A DNA stretch of 64,000 nt. Source: Malacoraja senta. Lineage: Eukaryota. Shown here piece by piece: positions 11,676-23,817 of this stretch; the stretch's first letter is position 1, and every line of letters starts with the position of its first letter. The DNA is taken from positions 198,276,001-198,340,000 of the forward strand of contig CM075977.1 in assembly GCA_038087875.1 (NCBI GenBank). Direction: 5' to 3'. A model generated the notes under the pieces. That model searched no databases. It saw nothing but the letters and a program-made list of their open reading frames with translations, and was not told where the DNA came from. Made by a program: the position numbers and the translations under genes.

Positions 11676-12639
11676 TTCAAGGAATAGCTGTGAGTCAACT
11701 GCCAGCCCACCAGCCGTGAGTGAGTGAGCTGCCAGCACAACAGGCTTGAGTGACTGAGCCGCCAGCCCATGAATCCATTTGGCCCACAATGTCCATACTA
11801 GCCCTCTGGAAACCAGTCCCTTCAGCCCACAATACCCATACTAGTGCTCCAGAAATCTCCCCCCACTGGCCACCGATATTGGAATTGGTGAGAGGTGGAA
11901 TATTGAGTTGGGGGACCAGCCCGGGTCCCACTTAGTCTAGTGTTAGCTATTTCTCTTTCTGCAGATGCTGCCTGACTGAATTGAGTACTTCTGGTATTTA
12001 TATAGGTTTTAACTAGCAGTGACCTCAACTCTGACCCTAGTAATGCCCCATTTGTAATTGCCTGGCAGACTGAAAATGATCTATAGACCATTTCCCATCT
12101 AAGACTAGAAGACAGAACTTTCAGGGTGTGAAGGGGCAATTGTTTAAAGGATATGTGCAGTGCAATTGTTTTACATAGGTGGGTGCCTGGAACATGCTGA
12201 AAGGGTTGGTGGTAGAAGCCGATTCGATAGGGGCATTAATGAAGGTTTTGTATAGGCATATGGATATGCACAGAATGGATGGATATGGATTATGTGCAAG
12301 AGATGGTCTTGGCATCAGGTTTTGCACCAACATTGTGGGCAAGGGTGATGTTCTTATGCCATACTCTTACATTTCATATCACATTTCATATCACTTTATA
12401 TCACAAATTCTCCCCCTTAGTCTATCATCAACATTTTTGTCCACTTAAGCTACCAATAAATACACCTTTCCATCCTCAAATTTTGCTTTCCTATCCATTT
12501 TTTATCAACAAATTTGATTACAATACACTCAGTATTGTAAATTTTCATTTAAATCGTTAATATGGACAGTTTCTAGCATTTCATATTTTTATATTTATAT
12601 TTAACTTAACATTATGGCCAGGCTTGCAGGAAGAATGCA

Positions 12640-13370
12640 TTGACATTACGATGTCATAGATTCATACAGCATAGAAATAGGCCTTTCAGTCCATCTTGTC
12701 CATGTCAACCAACATGTCCCATTCAAGCTAGTCCTATTCGCCCCTATTTGGTCCATATCCATCTAAACCTTTCATATGATGTAATCAAATAGATTTGATA
12801 TAGCTCTAGAGGACTTTGGTTAGGCCACATTTGAAGTATTGTGTGCAGTTCTGGTCGCCCCATTACAGGAAAGATATGGAAGCTTTGGAGAGGGGGCAGA
12901 AGAGGTTACCTGAATGCTGCCTGGATTAGAAGCGTTCAACTGCAGGAAGAGGTTGGATAGACATTTTTGTTTTTTTCTGGAACATCAGAGGTTGATGGGA
13001 GACTTGAGAGAAGTATATAAATTATGAGAAGCATAGAAAGGTGACAGCCAGAACTTTTTTCCCAGGGTGGAAGTGTCCAACACTAGAGGGTATAGTTATA
13101 AGGTGAGGGGGAGGGGGGGGGGGGAGGTTAATGGAGATGTGCAGGACACATTTTTTTACACAGAGAATAGGGCTGGAACACATTGCCTGGGGTAGTGGTG
13201 GAGGCAGATATGATTAGAGGCTTTTGGATATGCACATGGAAGTGCAAGGGATTTAGGGATATGGATCATGTTCAGGCCGATAAGACCAGTTTAACTTGGC
13301 ATAATGTTTGGCACAAACTTGGTGGTCTGAAGGCCCCATTCTTGTGCTGTATTGTTCTATGTTCTACGTT
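12640..13370. mobile_element. Degenerate CR1 LINE 3' fragments
   Basis: Remnant of the [18 protein letters not shown]-type coding sequence and CR1 3' UTR. Confidence 0.65.
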
Positions 13371-13489
13371 CTATATCATATTTCACATGACACACGGACA
13401 TTTTATATTAACTTTTATAACAAGCTGTGGAAGGGAAGGGAAATTGAATATTCAAACAGTGACACAGATAGAACTGTCTGATCTAATGA

Positions 13490-13905
13490 ACTAGACACAA
13501 AATGCTGGAGTAACTCAGCTGGACAGGCAGCATCTCTGGAGAGAAGGAATAGGTGATGTTTTGGGTCGAGACCCTTCTTCAGACTGGGGAGGGGGTGGGA
13601 CAGAGATAAAATGTAGTCAGTGTCAGTAAGACTGGTGGGAGAACTGGGAAGGGGGAGGGGATGAAGAGAGGGAGAGCAAGGGCTACTTGAGGTTAGAGAA
13701 GTCAATGTTCATACTGCTGGGGTGTAAGCTGCCCAAGCGAAAGAGAGGTGCTGTTCTTCCAATTTGCGTTGGGTCTCACTCTGACAATGGAGGAGGCCCA
13801 GGACAGAAAGGTCAGATTGGGAATGGGAGGGGGAATTAAAGTGTTGATCAACAGGGAGGTAGGTTAAGGCAGACTGACCGGAGGTGTTCAGCGAAATGAT
13901 CGGCG
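13490..13905 (-). mobile_element. Penelope-like element 3' fragment (GIY-YIG C-terminus + terminal repeat)
   Basis: QHFNSPSHSQSDLSVLGLLHCQSE...KLEEQHL followed by the terminal repeat with a decayed hammerhead core. Confidence 0.8.
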
Positions 13906-14280
13906 ATATACAAGATCTAATGTACTTATTAATCAAGGAACTGACTAAAGTAATTGGGTGTTCAATATTGTGGGGGGTTTTCAAGTTTAAAATGTCCCCC
14001 CCCTCCCCCCCTTCAAACTCCCATGGTCAGACTTTTATCCAGATTTGCAAATCAGCATGATGGATAACAGCCATAATTCCACTGAGTCTAGATTTGACTG
14101 CACAATCCTTGAGAATGTTATCAGCTGAATTGTCAAGAGAATAAAACTTATTCACTAACCTTTCAAGATGCCGATAAACGCAAGGATTCCCCTCAAAGGA
14201 CTTTTACATTTTCATAGCCACACATTAAACAGATTGAATTTCCTTGAGGCGATATTGGACTAACTCATTAAATCCATTGT

Positions 14281-14435
14281 GGAGGGAGGAACTGCAGATG
14301 CTGGTTTAGACCGAAGATAGACACAACATTCTGGAGTAACTACGCTGAAGTAGGGTTTCGACCCAAAACGTCACCCATTCCTTTATCCAGAGATGCTGCC
14401 TGTCCCACTGAGTCACTCCAGCATTTTATGTCTAT
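14281..14435. mobile_element. Palindromic Penelope-terminus-derived short element
   Basis: Head-to-head terminal-repeat halves flanked by the 15-bp TSD CATTAAATCCATTGT (14266-14280, 14436-14450). Confidence 0.8.
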
Positions 14436-15044
14436 CATTAAATCCATTGTTTTATGAACTTACAGCTAATAGATGGAACTAAGGTTTTGCATTCAAATGG
14501 GGAAGGATGTTAATCCATTGGCATGTGTATGATTGTCATATAATTAACAGGATTCATTCAGGAGCAAACCTTTGCCACTGAAAGGGAACAAATTGAGGGG
14601 CTTGTCTTATGTGGAAAAGGTCAATGGTTCAATGTTTCCTTTATTATCACTTGTACCAAAGTACAGTGAGATTCTATTTTTGCTTACAGATCAGTAAGAT
14701 TACTGCCATACATAAGTATTATCCCCGGTTAAGTACATAATGCATAAAAACAGCCCACTGAGTCGATCTGCAATAATCGCCAGGTTTTGGCACCATTTTC
14801 TCAGTCCCAGTTGCAACTGACCATAAAAACCCGTTGCAGCCATCGTCTCCATCGTCCACCTCCGTCACCGACTCCATGCACCTCCTCTCCGGTTCCCAGT
14901 CTTCAGGACAAGTAAGGACCGATCTCGACGGCTTCTCTCTCCTGGTTTTGTGGCAGGCGATCCAGGCCTGCTGTCTGAATGCTGGGCCTACCTTCATTGG
15001 AGTTCCGAATGATAAAAGGTGACCTTAGTTTAGTGTTGTTTAGA

Positions 15045-15310
15045 ATAGTTTTGAGATGGAACATGGAAACAGGCCCTTCAGCCCACAGAGTCCATGCAGA
15101 TCATTCGTTCACAAGGGTTCTACATTACACTTTCTCATCCACTCCCTTCACATTAGGGGCAATTTACAGAGGCCAATTAACCTACAAAACATCTTTGGGG
15201 TGTGGGATGAAACCGGAACATCCGGAGGAAACCCACGTGGTCACATGGAGAACGTGCAAACTCCACACAGGCAGCTCCCAAGCTCAGGATTGAACCCAAG
15301 TCTCTTGAAC
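15045..15310 (-). mobile_element. HE1-type tRNA-derived V-SINE (degenerate)
   Basis: Reverse complement of the V-domain GTGGGTTTCCTCCGG...TCCGGTTTC..CCCACA and a CR1-like tail. Confidence 0.7.
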
Positions 15311-16329
15311 AGTGCCACCCAAAACTTATTCAAACATTTCAGACTCTGAAGTGAAGTAAACCAGAAAATGCTGGAAACACTCAGCAGGTCAGGCTGCATC
15401 TGTGGAAAGAGAAACAGTGTTAAACATTTGGTCAAAGAACTGGAAAAGATTCTGAAGGACACACAGTGCTGGAATAACTCATTGGCTCAGGCAGCATCTC
15501 AGCAGAACATGAATTGGTGGCGTTTTGGGTCGGGACCCTTCTGCAGAACATAGATCACGTCACCTATCTGTTCTCTAGGGATGCTGCCTGACCAGCTGAG
15601 TTACTCCAGCAATTTGTGTTCTTTTGTGTATACCAGCATCTGCAGTTGCTTGATTCTAGAAAAGACTGTGAATTGGCTTGAAACTGAGAGGTTTTCTTCA
15701 CAATTCAAGAGATTTTTTTTCTCTTAGATTACGAATCTTCAAAACTCTGTACCTCTGTGGAGATGGAATCATTGAGCACATTCAAGGCTGAATTAGAAAT
15801 ATTTTGGGGCAATCACACAAAGGGTGGTGGGTGTATGGAACGATCTGCCAGAGGAGGTAGTTGAGGCAGGGACTATCCCAATGTTTAAGAATCAGTTAGA
15901 CAGGTACATGGATAGTTCAGGTTTGGAGGGATATGGACCAAAGGCAGGCAGATGGGACTAGTGTAGCTGGGACATGTTGGCTGTTGTGGGAAAGTTGGGC
16001 TGAATGTCCTTTTTCCACACTGTATCACTATGTCTCTAATCAAGGAATCGTGGGTTAAAGGAAACAGGCAGGAAAGTACAACTAAGTCGAAGATTAGATT
16101 GGCCATGACCTTATTGAATGTCAGAACAGCTTCAAATAAACAAAATCTACAAGATCGCCGTGTTTTGTTTATTCAGCTTGATGTAGAAAGCTTAACTTGT
16201 GCTGAAATAATTTCAATTCTTTTGGAAGAGTTTACTTTGTTTCTCCCCATCACCATTTCCTTTGTTATTATGCATGTTGGCTCAGGAGCTGTGTGTGATC
16301 AAAGTAGCTTCACACACAGCTCCTAAGCC

Positions 16330-16635
16330 AATTGGTTTAGTTTAGTTTAGAGATACAGCATGGAAACAGGCCCATTGGCTTCACTGAGTCCACGCCGACC
16401 AACGGTCACCCATGCAGTAGTTCTATCCTACACACTAGGGACAATTTACTGAACCAATTAACCTACAAACCTGCACGTCATTGAAATGTGTGAGGAAACC
16501 GGAACATCTGGAGGAGACCCACGCAGTTACAGGGAGAACGTGCAAACTCCGTACAGGACAGCACCCATAGTCAGAATGGAACCTGGGTCTCTGGAGCTGT
16601 AAGGCAGCAACTCTACCGCTGCGCCAAAGTGCCAG
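16330..16635 (-). mobile_element. HE1-type V-SINE
   Basis: tRNA-like head, V-domain and (CTAAA)n tail on the minus strand. Confidence 0.8.
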
Positions 16636-16800
16636 TCATTGGGGTAAAATGAACTTTTGAAGAGAATTGAAATAAATTAGGCACAAGTTAAGATTAATTA
16701 AGCACGTTAAGCTTTGTAAATCATTCTGAATAAATAACCAAATGGTGCAGAGTATTTTATTATGAAGCTAACGTTTACAGAATTCATAATATCTACTCAC

Positions 16801-16871
16801 CTTGTCTCAAAACCTAAGGTTTTCCCTGGCAGTGGCTCCATTGCAACGATAACATGGGTCCCTTCTCTCAC
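16801..16871 (-). CDS. Candidate internal coding exon of an unidentified gene (VREGTHVIVAMEPLPGKTLGFET)
   Basis: Acceptor TATTTTCTTAAG| and donor AAG|GTGAGT. Only phase 0 is open. Lies in apparently non-repeat sequence. Confidence 0.4.
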
Positions 16872-17924
16872 CTTAAGAAAATAGACCAAATGTGAGAACA
16901 ATAAGTTTCTCTTCCAAAAAGCTGATGCTGTCACATGAGAGTTTGCAAAAATATGCTTGCCTTCAATGTTAGCAAATGGTCAAATCTCACAAGTAAGCAA
17001 TTGTCACACAAGATTTATCATACAATTTTCTCCCCTTAAACTTGCCCCCTCACCTTAAAGCTATGTCCTCCAGTCTTGGACATTTCTTCCCTGGGAAAAA
17101 AGGGGGAAGAAATGGGCATCTGAGAGAGAAAATGTTGTAGAGGGAGAGAGATATAAGGAGTATAGAAATGGGATTGATGTAATGTCTCTGGTGGAAGCTG
17201 ACGTAGAGCCAATGGAACGAATGGCCTCTTTCTCCATTGCAATAGGTAACAAGGAGATGCAGCTGAAACAGACAAGAGAGAAAATAATTGTTAATTAAGT
17301 CTTCCCTCTTCCAAAGAAAGTACACCCAGCCAACTCAATCATAACTAAAAGTTGCCAGAATCGACAACATCCTTATTAATTTCCTTTGCACTCTCTCTCT
17401 GGCTTTATCATATCCTTCCTGCAATGTGGTGCTTCTGTGACATGTAAACATAAGCCCCAACCTTTTACACCAGCGCCTCTTTCCTGCACCGAGACAACAG
17501 GAAAGACCTGTCCAGGAGTCTCCATTAAATCTATATCACTAAAAGTCTGATCCTGACCACTTCCTGTTGTTCTGTATATTGATTTTAGAAAAAACGCTGT
17601 CACTTACGGCTATAATTTTTGGCCATCTTACTCAGAGTCCCCCTCCGCTGTGCAGGACAAGAGGATTTTTCCCATCGATGAAAAATAAAAGAGTTATTAG
17701 TGTTTAAAAAATGTTGAGATTCTCCCTCCTGAAAGCCACGCCCCTTCCGGAGGGACTATAAAACCCGGAAGTGTTGAGTGCCTCAGTCAGTCTCTGCAAG
17801 ATGGGGGAGCGAGAGGGTTGCGTCTCTCAGTCTGAGCTGTGAATAACACTGAACACATGTCTACTAAACTGTGAATGTGATTTTCCTGACCTTGAGTGCT
17901 CTTAATGTGGTTTGAAAATGAAAA

Positions 17925-18218
17925 GGTGGTTGGTTTGAAGTGAAGCACTGCAAATGGCTGTTGGTGGTGGTTGGTTTGAAGTGAAGCACTGCAAATGGCT
18001 TTTGGTGGTGGTTGGTTTGAAGTGAAGCACTGCAAATGGCTGTTGGTGGTGGTTGGTTTGAAGTGAAGCACTGCAAATGGCTGTTGGTGGTGGTTGGTTT
18101 GAAGTGAAGCACAGCAAATGGCTGTTGGTGGTGGTTGGTTTGAAGTGAAGCACTGCAAATGGCTGTTGGTGGTGGTTGGTTTGAAGTGAAGCACTGCAAA
18201 TGGCTGTTGGTGGTGGTA
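17925..18218. repeat. 41-bp tandem array
   Basis: Unit GGTTGGTTTGAAGTGAAGCACTGCAAATGGCTGTTGGTGGT, about 7 copies. Confidence 0.95.
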
Positions 18219-18557
18219 ACTTGACAACTTCCTGTTTGCACTGTTAATTGATTTTAGATAAAACGCTACCACTTACGGCTGATTTTTGTTCATCTTACTC
18301 AGTCCCCCTCCGCTCATCAGGTGCAGGGCATTCTTCCCATCAATGAAAAATAAAAGTGTTATTAGTGTTTTAAAAATATTGAGAATCTCTCTCCTGTCAA
18401 TCACACCATGAAGGCCACGCCCCTTCCGGTGGGAGGGGGAGGGATTATAAAACCCGGAAGTGTGGGTGTGGCTCAATCTCTGCAAGATGGGGGAGGGAGA
18501 GGTCATGACTCTGTCTGAGCTGTGAATCAACTGAACACTGAATGTCTGCTGAACAGT

Positions 18558-19085
18558 GATGTTTATGTGGTGTTTATGTGGTGTTTATGTGGTGTTTATG
18601 TGGTGTTTATGTGGTGTTTATGTGGTGGTTTTATGGTGGTTTTATGGTGGTTTTATGGTGGTTTTATGGTGGTTTTATGGTGGTTTCACCCTGCTTGAAA
18701 TGTTATGCAACTGCATTTGAATGTGGTGGTCTTGCACCCTGCATGAAATGGTATGAAACCCCATTTGAATTTGGTGGCCTTGCACCCTGCTTGAAATGGT
18801 ATGAAACTGCACTTGAATTTGGTGACCTTGCACCCTGCTTGAAATGGCATGAAACTGCACTTGAATTGGTGGCCTTGAACCCTGCTTGAAGTGGCATGAA
18901 ACTGCACTTGAATTTGGTTGTCTTGCACCCTGCTTGAAGTGGTATGAAACTGCATTTGAATTCGGTGGCCTTGCACCCTGCTTGAAGTGGTTGGAAACTG
19001 CACCTGAATTTGGTGGCCTTGCACCCTGCTTGAAGTGGTATGAAACTGCACTTGAATTTGGTGGCCTTGCAACCTGCTTGAAATG
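18558..19085. repeat. 11-bp (ATGTGGTGTTT/ATGGTGGTTTT) array followed by the 48-bp array
   Basis: Direct inspection. The 48-bp unit is the same as at 10573-11675. Confidence 0.9.
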
Positions 19086-19467
19086 GAATTTCAAGGAATA
19101 GCCGTGAGTCAACTGCCAGCCCACCAGCCCACCAGCCGTGAGTGAGCTGCCAGCATATCAGGCTTGAGTGACTGAGCTGCCACCACAAGAATCCATTTGG
19201 CCCACAATGTCCATACTAGCCCTCTGGAAACCAGTCCCTTCAGCCCACAACACCCATACTAGCACTCCAGAAAGTGCCGCCCCCCCCCCCTCCACTGGCC
19301 ACCAATATTGGAATTGGTGGAGAGGTGGAATATTGCGTTGGGGGACCAGCCCTTCCGTGACCAGGTCTCCAGCATTACTCCAGATTTACTCCAGCATTTT
19401 GTGGTGGAGTATCTTCGGTGGAAACCAGCATCTGCAGTTCCTTCCCACACACTATGTAAACATGGTA

Positions 19468-19614
19468 GACACAAAATGCTGGAGTAACTCAGCGGATCAG
19501 GTAGCATCTCTGGAGCGAAGGAATGGGTGCCGAAGGGTCTCGACCCAAAAAGTCTTGCTGAGTTTTTTGTGTCTACCTTCGATTTAAACCTGCATCTGCA
19601 GTTCTTTCCTACAC
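19468..19614. mobile_element. Penelope-terminus-derived palindromic short element
   Basis: 14-bp TSD ATGTAAACATGGTA (19454-19467, 19615-19628). Confidence 0.7.
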
Positions 19615-19831
19615 ATGTAAACATGGTAATCTGTAAAACTTATAATAAACAAAAACAAGTTGAGCATATATATATTTAAAAATTAAATGAAGAAAAGAGT
19701 ATGTTTCCACCAAAAATGGAGTCTGGAATCTAGGCCATGGACAAACATCTCGAAGTAAGTTCACGCTCCTGGAGTCATACTTGTTCTCACCTAACAAACA
19801 GCTAACAATGATCTGTTTCCTATATCACATT

Positions 19832-22348
19832 AGAAACATAGAAACATAGAAACATAGAAAATAGGTGCAGGAGTAGGCCATTCGGCCCTTCGAGCCTGCA
19901 CTGCCATTCAATATGATCATGGCTGATCATCCAACTCAGTATCCTGTACCTGCTTTCTCTCCATACCCCCTGATCCCTTTAGCCACAAGGGCCACATCTA
20001 ACTCCCTCTTAAATATAGCCAATGAACTGTCCTCAACTACCTTCTGTGGCAGAGAATTCCAGAGATTCACCACTCTCTGTGTGAAAATTGTTTTCCTCAC
20101 CTCAGTCCTAAAAGATTTCCCCCTTATCCTTAAACTGTGACCCCTTGTTCTGGACTTCCTCAACATCGGGAACAATCTTCCTGCATCTAGCCTGTCCAAC
20201 CCCTTAAGAATTTTGTATGTTTCTATAAGATCCCCCCTCAATCTTCTAAATTCTAGCGAGTACAAGCCGAGTCTATCCAGTCTTTCTTCATATGAAAGTC
20301 CTGACATCCCAGGAATCAGTCTGGTGAACCTTCTCTGTACTCCCTCTATGGCAAGAATGTCTTTCCTCAGATTAGGAGACCAAAACTGTATGCAATACTC
20401 CAGGTGTGGTCTCACCAAGACCCTGTACAACTGCAGTAGAACCTCCCTGCTCCTATACTCAAATCCTTTTGCTATGAATGCATACCATTCGCCTTCTTCA
20501 CTGCCTGCTGCACCTGCATGCCTACTTTTAATGACTGGTGTACCATGACACCCAGGTCTCGTTGCATCTCCCCTTTTCCTAATCGGTCACCATTCAGATA
20601 ATAGTCTACTTTCCTGTTTTTGCCACCAAAGTGGATAACCTCACATTTATCCACATTATACTGCATCTGCCATGCATTTGCCCACTCACCCAGCTTATCT
20701 AAGTCACCTTGCAGCCTCCTAGCATCCCCCTCACAGCTAACACTGCCCCCCAGCTTCGTGTCATCCGCAAACTTGGAGATGTTGCATTCAATTCCCTCGT
20801 CCAAATCATTAATATATATCGTAAATAGCTGGGGTCCCAGCACTGAGCCTTGCGGTACCCCAATAGTCACTGCCTGCCATTGTGAAAAGGACCCGTTTAC
20901 TCCTACTCTTTGCTTCCTGTCTGGCAGCCAGTTCTCTATCCACATCAATACTGAACCCCCAATACCGTGTGCTTTAAGTTTGTATACTAATCTCTTATGT
21001 GGGACCTTGTCGAAAGCCTTCTGAAAGTCCAGATATAACACATCCACTGGTTCTCCCTTATCCACTCTACTAGTTACATCCTCGAAAAATTCTATAAGAT
21101 TCGTCAGACATGATTTACCTTTCATAAATCCATGCTGACTTTGTCCAATGATTTCACCACTTTCCAAATGTGCTGCTATCCCATCTTTAATAACTGATTC
21201 TAGCAGTTTCCCCACTACCGACGTTAGACTAACTGGTCTGTAATTCCCCGTTTTCTCTCTCCCTCCCTTTTTAAAAAGTGGGGTTACATTAGCTACCCTC
21301 CAATCCTCAGGAACTACTCCAGAATCTAAAGAGTTTTGAAAAATTATCACTAATGCATCCACTATTTCTGGGGCTACTTCCTTAAGTACTCTGGGATGCA
21401 GCCTATCTGGCCCTCGGCATTTATCGGCCTTTAATCCATTCAATTTACCTAACACCACTTTCCGGCTAACCTGGATTTCACTCAGTTCCTTCATCTCATT
21501 TGACCCCCGGTCCCCTGCTATTTCCGGCAGATTATTTTATGTCTTCCTTAGTGAAGACAGAACCAAAGTAGTTATTCAATTGGTCTGCCATGTCCTTGTT
21601 CCCCATGATCAATTCACCTGTTTCTGACTGCAAGAGACCTACATTTGTTTTAACTAATCTTTTTCTCTTCACTTATCTATAAAAGCTTTTGCAGTCAGTT
21701 TTTATGTTCCCTGCCAGTTTTCTTTCATAATCTATTTTCCCTTTCCTAATTAAGCCCTTTGTCCTCATCTGCTGGACTCTGAATTTCTCCCAGTCCTCTG
21801 GTAGGCTGCTTTTTCTGGCTAATTTGTACGCTTCATCTTTTGTTTTGATACTATCCCTGATTTCCCTTGTTATCCACGGATGCACTACCTTCCCTGATTT
21901 ATTCTTTTGCCAAACTGGGATGAACAATTTTTGTAGTTCATCCATGCAGTCTTTAAATGCCTTCCATTGCATATCCACCGTCAACCCATTAAGAATCAAT
22001 TGCCAGTCTATCTTGGCCAATTCACTTCTCATACCCTCAAAGTTACCTTTCTTTAAGTTCAGGACCCTAGTTTCTGAATTAACAATGTCACTCTCCATCC
22101 TAATGAAGAACTCAACCATATTATGGCCACTCTTGCCCAAGGGGCCACGCACAACAAGACTGCTAACTAACCCTTCCTCATTACTCAATACCCAATCTAG
22201 AATAGCCTGCTCTCTCGTTGGTTCCTCTACATGTTGGTTTAGAAAACTATCCCGCATACATTCCAAGAAATCCTCTTCCTCAGCACCCTTGCCAATTTGA
22301 TTCACCCAATCTATATGTAGATTGAAGTCACCCATTATAACTGTTTTA
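19832..22348 (-). mobile_element. CR1 LINE, 5'-truncated (end of EN + RT), frameshifted
   Basis: ORFs 21673-22386, 20472-21494 and 19936-20430 with NYRPVSLTS, YLDFQKAFDKVPH, GVPQGSVLGP, KFADD, RPHLEYC. Octamer tail (TTCTATGT)n. Confidence 0.95.
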
Positions 22349-22837
22349 CTTTTTTTGCATCTTTCATCATTTGTTCTATATCTCACTAGATCACCGCCTA
22401 TATGTCTCCATTTCCCTTTCCCCTGACACTCAGTCTAAAGAAGGGTCTCAACCCAAAACATCACCTATTCCTGTTCTCCAGAGATGCTGTCAGACCCGCT
22501 GAGTTACTCCAGCTTTTTATGTTTATCTATGGAAACAGGCCCTTCGGTCCGTCAATGATTCAATTTTTGTTTTTTTTCCTCCCACTGTCTTATCCAATCC
22601 GTCCACATTTTACCATTCTCTTTCACACAGTAGTGGTTTTTTACAGCAGGCAATTAATCTACCTACCCATACATCTTTGATGTGGGAGGAAACAGAAGCG
22701 CACATTGGAAGAAGCCCATGTGATGGCAGGATTTATGAGCAAACTCCATCTGAGGTCGGGATTGAACCTTGGTCTCTGGCACGGTGAGGCATTGGCTCTA
22801 CCAGCTGTGCCACTGTGCTGCACTGAGCAGAGCTTCA

Positions 22838-23110
22838 TGATCCAAGATGGCGCCAGTGTGTGGTGACTCTTTGCGTGCTGGTCTCAGAAGAGGATCTGCT
22901 ATTGTGCCCTTTATCTTTATCTTTGCATTGTGTACAGCTTGATTGTATGCATGCATGATCTTTTTTTGACTGGATGGCATGCAAGCAAAAGCTTATCATT
23001 GTATCTCGGTACACGTGACAATAAAACACTAAACTAAGCTAATCTAATCTAATCTAAACTAAACTAAACTAAACTAAGCTAAGCTAAACTAAACTAAACT
23101 AAACTAAATA
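22838..23110 (+). mobile_element. Short non-autonomous retroelement (CAAGATGGCG head, Rex-like tail)
   Basis: Starts GATCCAAGATGGCGCC and ends ...GTACACGTGACAATAAAA plus (CTAAA/CTAAT)n. Confidence 0.55.
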
Positions 23111-23817
23111 ATACAGCCATGACTCTCTTACTTCTAGATTAAGGCTTGATGGTGGCCTTGAGAATCTTAACAACAAAATGTAGGCTGATACATTCTACTG
23201 AGTCAATCAGTGTCATCAGAATACAAAGGGTGAAGATAAACCAGGCAAATGTGGGGGGGAAATTGTGGTTTGATGGTATTCATAAAGAATAGATCACAGT
23301 TTCATGATTTAAATTAGAGCAGGTGTAGGCATGAAGATGATGTTTAAGTATGGGGAGGAGAGCTGAGCAATAATGCATTGCTGACCCTTGGTTACCCCAC
23401 ACAGTCCAACATGGCTTCTGAGGTAATGATGACTCTGCAGATTTTACCACAGATTCAATACACTCGTGACTAATCGAGGAGGTTATTTATCTATTGCATA
23501 TCCATCTGTAACCCAAGGGTCAGAAACAAATGTATTTAAAACCTTATCCGTTACGCCTGATGGTGTAACACCTATCTATCTCCCAGTTTATCTCCTTTGC
23601 AGTTCAGATCAAAGGTCTTCGACCTAAAATATTGATTCTATCTCTCTTCCCACAGATGTTGCCTGACCTGCTGAGTAGTCAAGTCAAGTTTAATGTCATG
23701 TGCACAAGTGCAGCTACTATGAAAATCATACTTGTGGCAGAACCACAGGCACACAGACTCAAACAATCAAATTAAATATAAATCATAATAAATCGCAAAT
23801 AAAATTGCACAGCAGCA

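Larger units (their letters stand above)
425..11940 (+). mobile_element. Non-autonomous Helitron-like element (copy 1), expanded by nested insertions
   Basis: 5' end is A|TCTATATAATTAAAA (TC at 425-426). 3' end has a GC hairpin GGGACC(11912-11917)...GGTCCC(11924-11929), then CTAG (11937-11940) followed by T, with no TSD. The internal module order matches copy 2 at 17530. Confidence 0.8.
17530..19352 (+). mobile_element. Non-autonomous Helitron-like element (copy 2), 3' end truncated before CTAG
   Basis: A|TCTATATCACTAAAA start. Same module-array-module-array-3' module order as copy 1. Ends ...GGGGGACCAGCCCT without the hairpin/CTAG. Confidence 0.75.

Noticed and set aside
10471-11789. Long ORFs of up to 398 aa with CSF/QAG repeats (also 17787-18272, 18578-19188)
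   Set aside because: Translations of the 48-bp and 41-bp arrays in several overlapping frames.
17110-17290. Strong acceptor TCTCTTGTCTGTTTCAG on the minus strand
   Set aside because: No convincing donor, all three frames are open so none is favoured, and it lies between two halves of a CR1 remnant.
821-19085. CRISPR-like appearance of the arrays
   Set aside because: Head-to-tail units with no unique spacers, no cas genes, and a vertebrate context.
20213-22300. Plus-strand ORFs over CR1 and Rex elements (also 41844-44852, 33563-34267)
   Set aside because: Antisense shadows of RT coding sequence.
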